From Chloroflexota bacterium (GTDB taxonomy: Bacteria; Chloroflexota; Limnocylindria; QHBO01): a DNA stretch of 33,656 bases. The position numbers were made by a program, and so were the translations under genes. The stretch is taken from assembly GCA_039934115.1 (NCBI GenBank), contig JBDTMU010000001.1, positions 1 through 33,656 on the forward strand, in the 5' to 3' direction. Below are positions 25,345-33,656 of this stretch, in pieces (position 1 is the stretch's first letter; the number at the start of each line of letters is the position of its first letter). The notes under the pieces were generated by a model. It had not been told where the DNA came from. It was given only the letters and a program-made list of their open reading frames with translations, and ran no database searches.

Positions 25345-26978
25345 GCGTGCTCGAGCGTCCCGCGACGGGCGATGCCTCGGGTCGCGGCGCGGCGTTCACC
25401 TCGCCCGAGGCGGGCGACGAGCTGACGATCATCGAGCCGCTCATCTTCGACTCCTCGCGACCGGGCCGCCGCGCGGTGCGATTCCCGCTCCCATCGAGTG
25501 CGGCGCGTGCCGCGGCCGGCGGTCAGCCGTCGATCCCCGAGGCCGCGGCCCGCGCCGAGGCGCCACGTCTGCCGGAGGTCGCCGAGCTCGACCTGCTGCG
25601 CCACTTCAATCGGCTCAGCCACCTGAACCACGCCATCGAGCTGGGCTTCTATCCGCTCGGCTCGTGCACCATGAAGTACAACCCCAAGGTCAACGAATGG
25701 GCGGCCCGCCTCCCCGGCCTGGCCGATTCGCATCCGCTCGACCCCGATCCGCTGGCCCAGGGCAGCCTCGAGCTGGAGTGGCTGCTGGCCGAGCTCCTCA
25801 AGGAGATGAGCGGCTTTGCGGCGATCAGCCTCCAGCCTGCCGCCGGCGCCCATGGTGAGCTGACCGGGCTCCTGATGACGCGTGCCTACCATCGGTCGCG
25901 TGGTGAGGGCGAGCAGCGCACCAAGGTGCTTGTCCCTGACAGCTCGCATGGCACGAACCCCGCCACCGCCACGATGGTCGGCTACACGGCCGTCACGATC
26001 CCGTCCAATGCGCGTGGCGGGATCGACCTCGACGCGCTGCGCGCGGCGCTCGGCCCGGACACCGCGGCGCTGATGATCACCAACCCCTCGACCCTCGGCA
26101 TCTTCGAGGACCAGATCGACCAGGTCGTGGCTGCCGTCAAGGAGGCTGGGGCCATCGCCTACATGGACGGGGCCAACCTGAACGCCATCCTCGGCCGCTT
26201 CCGCCCCGGCGAGGCGGGCTTCGACGTCATGCACTTCAACCTGCACAAGACCTTTTCGACGCCGCATGGCGGGGGCGGACCCGGGGCGGGACCGATCGGC
26301 GTCAGCGAGCGCCTGGCACCCTTCCTGCCCACGCCGCAGCCGCTGCTCGTGGCCGGTGACCCCGCGGAGGTCCGCCGCAACGCCTGGTCAGGCCGTCCCA
26401 CACCGGGGGCGCGCTTTGCCCTGGAGGAGCCGGGTGCCAGGGAGACCAGCATCGGCAAGGTGCGCGCCTTCACCGGCAACTTCGGCATGTTCGTGCGTGC
26501 CTACACCTACATCCGCAGCAACGGCGGTGACGGGCTGCGCGAGGTGAGCAATGACGCGGTGCTGGCCGCCAACTATCTGCGCGTCCGGCTGTCCGATGCC
26601 TTCGACCTGCCCTACGACCGCATCTGCAAGCACGAGGTCGTCTTCTCAGGTCGGCGCCAGAAGCGGCAGCACGGCGTTACGACGCTGGACATCGCCAAGG
26701 CGATCCTCGATCACCGCATCCATCCGCCTACGATCTACTTCCCCTTGATCGTGGAGGAGGCGCTCATGATCGAGCCGACCGAGACCGAATCGCTCGAGAC
26801 GCTGGATGCCTTCGTCGAGATCATGCACGGCATCGCAAGCCAGGCCGAGACGGCCCCCGACGAGCTCAAGCAGGCGCCCCTCACCACGCCGGTCGGTCGC
26901 CTCGACGAGGCTGCCGCGGCTCGCCGGCCCGACCTGAGGCACGACTTCGCCACCGAGTCGACCGGCGCAACGGGGTAG
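25341..26978 (+). CDS. gcvPB: glycine dehydrogenase (decarboxylating) subunit 2
   Basis: ATGA overlap with gcvPA. PLP-lysine context HFNLHKTFSTPHGGGGPGAGP, plus YPLGSCTMKYNP. Confidence 0.95.
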   Translation: MSVLERPATGDASGRGAAFTSPEAGDELTIIEPLIFDSSRPGRRAVRFPLPSSAARAAAGGQPSIPEAAARAEAPRLPEVAELDLLRHFNRLSHLNHAIELGFYPLGSCTMKYNPKVNEWAARLPGLADSHPLDPDPLAQGSLELEWLLAELLKEMSGFAAISLQPAAGAHGELTGLLMTRAYHRSRGEGEQRTKVLVPDSSHGTNPATATMVGYTAVTIPSNARGGIDLDALRAALGPDTAALMITNPSTLGIFEDQIDQVVAAVKEAGAIAYMDGANLNAILGRFRPGEAGFDVMHFNLHKTFSTPHGGGGPGAGPIGVSERLAPFLPTPQPLLVAGDPAEVRRNAWSGRPTPGARFALEEPGARETSIGKVRAFTGNFGMFVRAYTYIRSNGGDGLREVSNDAVLAANYLRVRLSDAFDLPYDRICKHEVVFSGRRQKRQHGVTTLDIAKAILDHRIHPPTIYFPLIVEEALMIEPTETESLETLDAFVEIMHGIASQAETAPDELKQAPLTTPVGRLDEAAAARRPDLRHDFATESTGATG

Positions 26979-27010
26979 GATTCGGCATCGGACGACGCAT
27001 CGAACGCGGG

Positions 27011-27604
27011 GTGCAGGTGGTCACGGAGCAGCCGGACGGGCTCGTCGCGCGCATGAGGTTGGGGGATCCCGACGCCTTCGAGGAGTTCTTCACGACCTTT
27101 GCGCGGCCGGTCTACATCACCGCGCTGGCGATCACCCGCGATCCCTTCCTGGCCGAGGAGATCCTGCAGGACACCTTCGTCAAGGCCTACCGCGCCAGGC
27201 ATCGGCTGCGAACCGATCGCTCTCCGCTGCCATGGCTCCATCGCGTCGCCACCAACCTGTGCTACAGCCGCATCGCACGCCGCAGGATGATCATGGAGCC
27301 GCTGACCGCGCTGATCAGCAACCTGGTGGCGGACCTGACCTCGCGACCGGACCAGGTGGTCGAGTCGCGTGAGATCATCGAGGTCCTCCAGCGCGCCATC
27401 GACAGGCTGCCCCCCAAGCAGCAGACCGCCGTCATCCTGTACTACCTGCACGGGTACTCGCTCGCCGAATCGGCCGAGATAGCGGGCTGCAGGGTGGGCA
27501 CCATGAAGTCGCGCGTGCACTATGCGCTCAAGACGCTGCGATCACGGCTCCCGGAGGAGCGGCGTGCGCCAGCCGGTGCGAAGGTGTCGGTCAATGAGCT
27601 GTAG
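27011..27604 (+). CDS. ECF-type RNA polymerase sigma-70 family factor
   Basis: 197 aa. Region 2 (FEEFFTTFARPVYITALAITRDPFLAEEILQDTFVKAY) and a region 4 HTH (LPPKQQTAVILYYLHGYSLAESAEIAGCRVGTMKSRVHYALKTLR). The GTG start is uncertain; GTG at 27017 and a downstream ATG are alternatives. Confidence 0.88.
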   Translation: MQVVTEQPDGLVARMRLGDPDAFEEFFTTFARPVYITALAITRDPFLAEEILQDTFVKAYRARHRLRTDRSPLPWLHRVATNLCYSRIARRRMIMEPLTALISNLVADLTSRPDQVVESREIIEVLQRAIDRLPPKQQTAVILYYLHGYSLAESAEIAGCRVGTMKSRVHYALKTLRSRLPEERRAPAGAKVSVNEL

Positions 27605-28148
27605 CCAGGCACGGCGTGAGCTGCTGCAGCACTTCGCCCTCGGCGAAGAGCTCGGGCCGCACGCCGGACCGCACCTGGCCCACCTGGAGTCCTGCGCCGA
27701 CTGTCGTCGGGAGGTGGGCATCGACCGAGAACTGGTCGAGAACCTGCGTCGTGCGCTGCGAGAGCGTGTCGAGGGCGGCGCTCGGTCTGAATCCAGTTGG
27801 GAGCTGGTCCGCCGTCGGACAGTTGATCGCCCGGTGCCCTGGACGGTCCGCATCGCACACTGGAGGGGCATTGCGTCCGCCGCAGCCGCCGCCGGAATGA
27901 TGGTGTTCGCCGTTGTCACCGCTCCGCAGACCACGCTCCTGCCCGTGACCCAGTCGCCATTCGTCGCCTCTGCAGCCAGGCGCGTTGTCCCGCCCGTCGA
28001 GGAAGTCAGAGGCTGGCCTCCGCCGCCCTCGATCGCGTACCTTGCGCCACAGAAGTACCCGCCGCCCGGCTGGCCCATGCAGACGCAGTTCCCGGATGAG
28101 GCTGCAGCGCGCGGGAGCGAACCGCCGATCCCCGGACTGATGCGGTAA
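27594..28148 (+). CDS. membrane anti-sigma factor (zf-HC2 type)
   Basis: The ATG at 27594 overlaps the sigma gene by 11 nt. N-terminal H-x3-C-x2-C (HLESCADC), one TM (IASAAAAAGMMVFAVV), and a Pro-rich extracytoplasmic tail. Confidence 0.75.
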   Translation: MSCSQARRELLQHFALGEELGPHAGPHLAHLESCADCRREVGIDRELVENLRRALRERVEGGARSESSWELVRRRTVDRPVPWTVRIAHWRGIASAAAAAGMMVFAVVTAPQTTLLPVTQSPFVASAARRVVPPVEEVRGWPPPPSIAYLAPQKYPPPGWPMQTQFPDEAAARGSEPPIPGLMR

Positions 28149-28167
28149 CGCTCGGACGGGCAGAGAG

Positions 28168-28193
28168 TGAACCTTGCGGGTCGGACGGACGTA
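28168..28193 (+). promoter_or_regulatory. ECF-sigma-type promoter motif TGAACC-N16-CGTA
   Basis: TGAACC at 28168-28173, exactly 16 nt, then CGTA at 28190-28193. It lies between the anti-sigma gene and the first ABC permease gene. It resembles the AAC/CGT-core architecture of ECF promoters (for example the SigW-type TGAAAC-N16-CGTA). This is a pattern match only. Confidence 0.3.
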
Positions 28194-28325
28194 CTTAGAG
28201 ATGAGGCCTCGTCGGCGCGATTGAGCGAGTACTTGACCGGATCGTGCCGCGCGCACGAAGATGGCGAATCAACGGCGGATATGGATTCGTCTCGATAGTC
28301 GTACAGAGAGGGACACTCCCCCGCC

Positions 28326-29303
28326 ATGACCGTGGTCCAGGACACAGCCGCCGGCTTCCAGAGCGCGGCCCTCACGGGCGGCCGAAGCCTGCGTCAGATC
28401 ATCTGGTCGCGCCTCCGTCGAGATAAGGTGGCGATGATCTGCCTGGTGGTCCTGGTGCTGTTCTACCTCATCGGCGTCTTCGGCCCGATCGTCTTCGGCG
28501 CGATGGGTCTCGATCCCTACAAGTTCGACGCGGCCGCGATCGGCAACCTGGGGGGTAAACCCTTGCTGGAATGGGGCGGCATCAGCGCCGCGCACCCACT
28601 CGGCGTCGAATGGGGGACCGGGCGGGACATCATGGCCCAGCTCATCTACGGCCTCCGTATCTCCCTCGTCATCGCGACCAGCGCGACTGCGATCACGGTC
28701 GCGATCGGGACGGTCGTCGGCATCATCGCCGGCTACAGCGGTGGCTGGACCGACACCATCATCGGGCGTTTCATGGACCTGGTCCTGGCCTTCCCGTTCC
28801 TGCTGATCGTCCTGGCCCTGTCAGGGGTCCTCACCCAGCGCCTCACCGAGCTGGGGGTCCCTGACGGCAATCCATCGCGGATCCTCTACCTCATTCTCGT
28901 GCTGAGCGTCTTCGGCTGGCCGTACCTCGCGCGGATCGTGCGAGGACAGGTGCTCAGCCTGCGCGAGCGCGAATTCGTCGAGTCGGCGGTCGCGATGGGG
29001 TCGAGCAAGCGCAGGATCCTCTTCACCGAGATCCTCCCGAACCTGTGGGCGCCGATCCTGGTGTATGCGACGCTCACACTGCCGGCGTATATCGGGACCG
29101 AGGCCGCACTCTCATTCCTCGGCGTTGGCGTGCTCCCGCCCGAGACGACGTTCGGTGCGATGCTCGCCAACTCGGTGACCTATTTCAACGTCGTGCCGAC
29201 GTACCTGTTCATTCCCGGCACGGCGCTCGTCATCCTGGTCGTCTCATTCAACCTCCTGGGCGATTCGCTCAGGGACGCACTCGATCCAAAGGCCATTCAC
29301 TGA
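28326..29303 (+). CDS. peptide (Opp/Dpp-family) ABC transporter permease, OppC/DppC-like
   Basis: 325 aa. OppC-type N-terminus (LRRDKVAMICLVVLVLFYL), GRFMDLVLAFPFLLIVLAL, and the EAA-loop ESAVAMGSSKRRILFTEILPN. Confidence 0.9.
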   Translation: MTVVQDTAAGFQSAALTGGRSLRQIIWSRLRRDKVAMICLVVLVLFYLIGVFGPIVFGAMGLDPYKFDAAAIGNLGGKPLLEWGGISAAHPLGVEWGTGRDIMAQLIYGLRISLVIATSATAITVAIGTVVGIIAGYSGGWTDTIIGRFMDLVLAFPFLLIVLALSGVLTQRLTELGVPDGNPSRILYLILVLSVFGWPYLARIVRGQVLSLREREFVESAVAMGSSKRRILFTEILPNLWAPILVYATLTLPAYIGTEAALSFLGVGVLPPETTFGAMLANSVTYFNVVPTYLFIPGTALVILVVSFNLLGDSLRDALDPKAIH

Positions 29304-29317
29304 TTGCCCCATGCCAC

Positions 29318-29350
29318 GTGCCGGCGAGGTAGGAGCCGCCTGCACTTTTT
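29318..29350 (+). terminator. intrinsic terminator-like hairpin with a T5 tract after the OppC-like gene
   Basis: Stem 29318-29326 pairs with 29337-29345 (9 positions, one C/T mismatch). The loop is 10 nt and is followed by TTTTT (29346-29350). Confidence 0.5.
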
Positions 29351-29378
29351 GAACTCGCCGCTCGACTGCGTGTATGAT
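29349..29378 (+). promoter_or_regulatory. internal promoter TTGAAC-N18-TATGAT for the SBP and downstream transporter genes
   Basis: TTGAAC at 29349-29354 overlaps the terminator T-tract. TATGAT is at 29373-29378, about 57 nt upstream of the SBP start. Confidence 0.5.
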
Positions 29379-29435
29379 CGAGCATCAACGTGCGCCGGGG
29401 ACCTTCCCGCGCCCAACTCGTTGGAGGATGAAACA

Positions 29436-31253
29436 TTGGTCAGATTAAACGTACGGGTGCTCCGTGCCTTTGCCGTCAGCGTGGCAGCCGTCCTGGTGCT
29501 GGCATCCTGCGGCCCCGGCACGACGACGAGCCCCGCTGCGTCCGGCGCCAGTGGCGCGCCGAGCGCGGGAGGATCCGCAGCCGCGGGTCAGAAGGGCGGC
29601 ACAATCTACATACTCTCAGCTGAAGCCGACTTCACCTATGTAGACCCGCAACGCGCCTACACCGGTGAGGATCTCGCCTTCTTTGGAGCCACGATCTACC
29701 GGTCCCTGGTGGGATACACGGTTTCGAAGGACGACGTGGCCTCCGCGGTGCTCGTCCCCGACCTGGCGACCGACCTCGGCACTCCGAACGCGGACGCCAC
29801 GTCCTGGGAATTCACCCTTCGTGACGGCGTCAGCTGGGAGGATGGTTCGCCGATCACCTGCGAGGACCTCAAGTACGGCGTCTCGCGGACCTTCGCGAAC
29901 GACGTCATCAACGCCGGTCCGACCTACGCGGTCCAGTACCTCGATATTCCCGCCAACCCGATCACCGACGAGGCGGATCCGAAGTCCGTGTTCCTGTCGG
30001 CGTACTACGGTCCCTATGACAAAACCGGCCAGGAACTGTTCGACAAGGCAGTCGTCTGCGACGGGAATACGATCACGTTCAACCTGAGCGGACCGCATGC
30101 AGACTTCAACTACACCACCACGCTCGGGTTCTCGCCGGTCCCCGCGGCCGCCGACACGGGTGAGACCTACGGGACGACCGCCCATCCTCCAATCTCCTCT
30201 GGGCCGTACAAGGTCGAGAGCTACACCACCGGCAACGGTGGCAAGTTCGTCCTGGTCCGCAATGAGAACTGGGACCAGGCCAGCGACGATTACCGCACGC
30301 CATATCCCGACAAGTGGGAGATCGACTTCGGTCTTGACCCGGCGGTCGTAGACGAGCGACTCATCGCGAGCGCGGGCAATGACGCGACCGCGATCGGGCC
30401 TCCCGGCATCGCGCCTCAGAACCTCGCGGTCATCTTCTCGGACCCGAAGACACCCCAGGCTCAGTACGAGGGTCGCGCGGTCAGCGGCTACGACATCTAT
30501 GCCCTGTACTACTGGATCAACGTCCAGAAGGTCCCGAACATCAAGATCCGCCAGGCCATGGCGGTCGCTCTTGACCGGGATGCCATCCGCAAGAACGCCG
30601 GTGGCGACTTCGTCGGCGACTTTGCCGACGGGGTGATCAAGCCGAACATCGGTCCTGACTATGCCGAAAGCGGCATGTGGACGGACATGTTCGGGGCAGC
30701 GGTTCCGGACACCGGTGACCCGGAGCTGGCGAAGCAGTTGATCGCCGACTCGGGCGAGCCGGCGCCGACGCTGGTCTGGAACTTCGCAGATACTCCGACC
30801 GGCCAGAAGAACGCCGCAATCGTCATCTCCTCGCTGGGGAAGGCTGGCATCACCGTGACGCCCGCCCCGCTCGAGCGCGGCAAGTACTACGCCATCGTGT
30901 TCGACCCCGCGAAGGCGGGCGACTTCGGATCCGCTGGCTGGGGTGCTGACTGGCCAAACGCCTCGACCGTCATCGCACCGCTCTTCACGCAGAAGGGCGG
31001 CTGGGATATCTCGCAGGTCGAGGACGAAGCCTTCAATACGAAGGTCGACGCGGCAATCGCCGAGCTCGACCGGACGAAGCAGAACGCCCTCTGGCAGGCG
31101 CTCAACAAGGAGGCGATGGAGAACGTCTGGGTGATCCCGACCTTCTTCGAGCTCCAGCAGCGGATGACCGGAACGGGGATCGATCCCGCCGGCGTCTACC
31201 TCTGGGGTCCCTACGGCTCCTGGCCGTACGGCGCCATGTCCGTCAAGCCGTAG
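29436..31253 (+). CDS. peptide/nickel ABC transporter substrate-binding lipoprotein (SBP family 5)
   Basis: TTG at 29436 with GGAGGA 7 nt upstream. Lipoprotein signal MVRLNVRVLRAFAVSVAAVLVLASCG (lipobox LASC), a Gly/Ser/Ala linker, and a family-5 SBP body (about 600 aa). The ORF-track start at 29304 would add a non-signal extension. Confidence 0.9.
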   Translation: MVRLNVRVLRAFAVSVAAVLVLASCGPGTTTSPAASGASGAPSAGGSAAAGQKGGTIYILSAEADFTYVDPQRAYTGEDLAFFGATIYRSLVGYTVSKDDVASAVLVPDLATDLGTPNADATSWEFTLRDGVSWEDGSPITCEDLKYGVSRTFANDVINAGPTYAVQYLDIPANPITDEADPKSVFLSAYYGPYDKTGQELFDKAVVCDGNTITFNLSGPHADFNYTTTLGFSPVPAAADTGETYGTTAHPPISSGPYKVESYTTGNGGKFVLVRNENWDQASDDYRTPYPDKWEIDFGLDPAVVDERLIASAGNDATAIGPPGIAPQNLAVIFSDPKTPQAQYEGRAVSGYDIYALYYWINVQKVPNIKIRQAMAVALDRDAIRKNAGGDFVGDFADGVIKPNIGPDYAESGMWTDMFGAAVPDTGDPELAKQLIADSGEPAPTLVWNFADTPTGQKNAAIVISSLGKAGITVTPAPLERGKYYAIVFDPAKAGDFGSAGWGADWPNASTVIAPLFTQKGGWDISQVEDEAFNTKVDAAIAELDRTKQNALWQALNKEAMENVWVIPTFFELQQRMTGTGIDPAGVYLWGPYGSWPYGAMSVKP

Positions 31254-31289
31254 GCACGACGGAGCGTCAGTTTAGGAACTAGCCTTCAA

Positions 31290-31326
31290 GTCCCCGGGGG
31301 AGTGGCAATGCCGCTCCTCCGGGGAC
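31290..31326 (+). terminator. strong hairpin after the SBP gene (partial terminator or mRNA stabiliser)
   Basis: A 13-bp stem (GTCCCCGGGGGAG / CTCCTCCGGGGAC, one G-U pair) with an 11-nt loop, followed by CGAACTTTCGTT, a weak U-tract. Confidence 0.45.
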
Positions 31327-31355
31327 CGAACTTTCGTTGACGGAGGGCAGGCTGC

Positions 31356-32348
31356 GTGTTCGCATACTTGGTTCGCCGAGTCCTGTTGATGTTCATGCTC
31401 CTGTTCCTGCTCAGCGTCACCGTCTTCCTCCTCTTCAGCATCCTGCCGGGCGACCCGGCTCGGCTGACCTGCGGGAAGGCCTGTACTCCGGTCATCATCG
31501 AGGCCAACCGGCACCGTCTTGGCCTGGACGAGCCGCCCCTGACCCAGTATGTGAAGTTCATGTCGGGGATCGTCGTCGGGCGGACCTTCTCCCCCGACTC
31601 ACCAGAGCCGATCAAATGCGATGCCCCCTGTCTCGGTTACTCTTTCAACCGGCAGGAGCAGGTCATGTCACTGATCACCCGTGCGGCGCCTGTGACCTTC
31701 TTCCTCGCCATCGGGGCGTTCATCATCTGGATCTTCATCGGGCTGAGCCTGGGCATCTTTGCCGCCCTCAACCGGGGACGTTGGGGAGACCGGCTGATCA
31801 TGGGCATCTCGCTGATCGGCTACTCGATGCCGTCGTTCTTCATCGGGCTGGTCCTGGTCTTCTTCGTCATCATCAAGTGGCAGTTCCTGCCGTTCCCCTC
31901 GTACGTTCCACCGTGGGAGAATCCCTTCCAGTTCTTCCAGACGATGCTGCTGCCCTGGATCGTCCTGGCGACCCTGTACGCGGCGTTCTACATCCGTCTC
32001 ACCCGCAACCAGGTGCTCGAGGTCCTCAGTGACGACTACGTCAGGACCGCCCGTGCGAAGGGCCTGCCGGAGCGCACGGTCGTGGTCAAGCACGCATTGC
32101 GAGCGGGGTTGACGCCGATCGTCACGGCGGCCGGGCTTGACCTGGCCGGCCTCCTCGGCGGCGCCATCATCTCCGAGAACATCTTCAACCTCCCCGGGCT
32201 CGGCGCGCTCTTTCTCGAATCCATCACCGATTCGGACCTGCCGCTCATCACCGGGATCACGATCCTGACAGCGGCGCTCATCATCTTCGCGAACCTGGTC
32301 GTGGACCTGCTCTACGCGGTGATTGACCCGCGGGTGCGGGTCACATGA
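31356..32348 (+). CDS. peptide (Opp/Dpp-family) ABC transporter permease, OppB/DppB-like
   Basis: GTG start with GGAGGG 8 nt upstream. Motifs MFAYLVRRVLLMF, ILPGDPARL, and the EAA-loop region DYVRTARAKGLPERTVVVKHALRAGL. Confidence 0.92.
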   Translation: MFAYLVRRVLLMFMLLFLLSVTVFLLFSILPGDPARLTCGKACTPVIIEANRHRLGLDEPPLTQYVKFMSGIVVGRTFSPDSPEPIKCDAPCLGYSFNRQEQVMSLITRAAPVTFFLAIGAFIIWIFIGLSLGIFAALNRGRWGDRLIMGISLIGYSMPSFFIGLVLVFFVIIKWQFLPFPSYVPPWENPFQFFQTMLLPWIVLATLYAAFYIRLTRNQVLEVLSDDYVRTARAKGLPERTVVVKHALRAGLTPIVTAAGLDLAGLLGGAIISENIFNLPGLGALFLESITDSDLPLITGITILTAALIIFANLVVDLLYAVIDPRVRVT

Positions 32349-33433
32349 CAGCGACCAGCGAAATGCCGCTCAGCGGCATGCCGATCGCGGGCTCCCTCGA
32401 CCGGCCCTTCCTCTCTGTGAAGGACCTGCATGTCGCCTTCCCCACCGAGGACGGCCTCGTCCAGGCCGTCGACGGGGTCTCCCTCTCCGTGGAGCGCGGC
32501 AAGACCCTCGCGATCGTCGGCGAGTCGGGCTCGGGAAAGAGCGTCACCGCCCAGGCGATCATGGGCCTCGTCAACCGGAAGTCTGCCAAGGTCACCGGCG
32601 AGATCTGGCTCGACGGCCAGGAGCTCCTCGCCCTGCCCCAGAGCGACGTCCAGGAGCTCATGGGCTCGGAGATCGCCATGATCTTCCAGGACCCGATGTC
32701 GAGCCTGCACCCGTTCTACCGGATCGGTGACCAGATCGTCGAGGCGATCCGTGCTCACCGGTCGGTCGGAAAGGCCGCGGCGCGTCGCGAAACGTTGGAG
32801 ATGCTGAACCACGTGGGGATCCCGGCGGCCGAGCGGCGCATTGACGCCTACCCGCACCAGCTCTCGGGCGGGATGCGTCAGCGCGTCATGATCGCCATGG
32901 CACTCATCAACTCCCCCCAGCTGCTCATCGCCGACGAGCCGACGACGGCGCTTGATGTCACCGTTCAGGCCCAGATCCTCGAGCTGATCGCGCGCCTGCA
33001 GGGTGAGTTCGGGACCACCGTCATCCTGATCACCCATGACCTCGGGATCGTCGCGGACGTTGCCGACGACGTCGCGGTGATGTACGGCGGCCGGATCGTC
33101 GAGCTGGCCTCGACCACGACGCTCTACGATCTGCCCGAGATGCCCTACACGCTGGGGCTCCTCTCGTCTGTTCCCCGCATGGACCAGAAGCTGCCGGAGC
33201 GGCTCGACCCGATTCGCGGCAACCCGCCATCGCCGATCAGGCTCCCGAAGGGCTGCGTCTTCCAGCCGCGCTGTGACTACTGGCAGAAGGTCCCCGGCGA
33301 GGCATGCCTGACCGTTCGCCCGGAGCTCCTGGAGTCCGATCCTGATCACTGGGTTCGCTGCCACCTGAAGGTCGAGGAGCGCAAGCAGATCGCGCGGGAC
33401 GTGAAGCAGATCCTGGCCGGAGGCCCCCAGTGA
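32345..33433 (+). CDS. peptide ABC transporter ATP-binding protein, OppD/DppD-like
   Basis: ATGA overlap with the permease gene. Walker A GESGSGKS, signature LSGGMRQR, Walker [13 protein letters not shown], and an oligopeptide C-terminal domain ([11 protein letters not shown]). Confidence 0.95.
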   Translation: MTATSEMPLSGMPIAGSLDRPFLSVKDLHVAFPTEDGLVQAVDGVSLSVERGKTLAIVGESGSGKSVTAQAIMGLVNRKSAKVTGEIWLDGQELLALPQSDVQELMGSEIAMIFQDPMSSLHPFYRIGDQIVEAIRAHRSVGKAAARRETLEMLNHVGIPAAERRIDAYPHQLSGGMRQRVMIAMALINSPQLLIADEPTTALDVTVQAQILELIARLQGEFGTTVILITHDLGIVADVADDVAVMYGGRIVELASTTTLYDLPEMPYTLGLLSSVPRMDQKLPERLDPIRGNPPSPIRLPKGCVFQPRCDYWQKVPGEACLTVRPELLESDPDHWVRCHLKVEERKQIARDVKQILAGGPQ

Positions 33434-33656
33434 CGACCCAGACGAGCGATGTCCTGGACGTCACCGATCTCCGCACCTACTTCCCGGTCAAGTCACGTGG
33501 ACTCATCTCCCGCACCGTCGGCGCGGTCAAGGCTGTCGACGGCGTCAGCCTGAGCCTCGACGCCGGCGAGACGCTTGGGCTCGTCGGCGAGAGCGGCTCG
33601 GGGAAGACGACCGCGGCCAGGTCGATCCTGATGCTGGTCCGTCCGACCGGTGGCAG
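33430..33656 (+). CDS. peptide ABC transporter ATP-binding protein, OppF/DppF-like (5' part only, truncated by the window end)
   Basis: The GTG at 33430 overlaps the oppD-like stop (GTGA). My own translation reads [22 protein letters not shown]...[27 protein letters not shown] (Walker A). It is absent from the ORF track because no stop lies within the window. Confidence 0.85.
   Translation, partial: MTTQTSDVLDVTDLRTYFPVKSRGLISRTVGAVKAVDGVSLSLDAGETLGLVGESGSGKTTAARSILMLVRPTGG

Noticed and set aside
29428-29448. ATG immediately after the GGAGGA in front of the SBP gene (mini-ORF MKHWSD).
   Set aside because: The ATG overlaps the last base of the SD, so there is no spacer, and it is out of frame with the SBP. 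The TTG at 29436 has the correct 7-nt spacing and opens a canonical lipoprotein signal peptide.

Overview
This is a very GC-rich bacterial chromosomal segment. All recognisable genes except one small ORF lie on the + strand, and many neighbours share ATGA/GTGA stop-start overlaps. The content is mostly core housekeeping.

(1) A divergent small Cys-containing ORF and a 4-Cys single-pass membrane protein sit at the left end.
(2) A long division/cell-wall (dcw) cluster follows: mraZ-rsmH-[SD-led small ORF]-ftsL-ftsI-murF-mraY-murD-ftsW-murG-murB-ddl-ftsQ-sbp(DUF1290)-ftsA-ftsZ, then yggS-yggT.
(3) tRNA-Val(CAC).
(4) A translationally coupled MFS transporter and GT4 glycosyltransferase.
(5) A strong promoter, a possible leaderless small ORF, and a NUDIX hydrolase coupled to the glycine-cleavage genes gcvT-gcvH-gcvPA-gcvPB.
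(6) An ECF sigma / zf-HC2 anti-sigma pair.
(7) An Opp/Dpp-type peptide ABC transporter in the unusual order permeaseC-SBP-permeaseB-ATPaseD-ATPaseF. The last gene is cut by the window end.

I see no transposases, integrases, CRISPR arrays, defence genes or toxin-antitoxin pairs, and no convincing novel multi-gene system. The points worth a second look are small-scale:
- a phased TGG-repeat operator at the mraZ promoter;
- an SD-led ORF in frame with ftsL and separated from it by one TAG;
- a consensus promoter with a leaderless ORF or long leader ahead of NUDIX-gcv (no glycine riboswitch recognisable);
- an ECF-type promoter motif and a PPP-ending uORF ahead of the peptide transporter;
- a terminator/promoter pair splitting that transporter;
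- absence of murE, murC and sepF from otherwise canonical clusters;
- an unassigned 4-Cys membrane protein next to mraZ.

Lineage is inference only. A split GcvP (PA/PB), FtsA plus Sbp/DUF1290, and very high GC suggest a Terrabacteria lineage such as Chloroflexota or a deep-branching Actinomycetota-like group. All family calls rest on motif recognition by eye; no database search was run.
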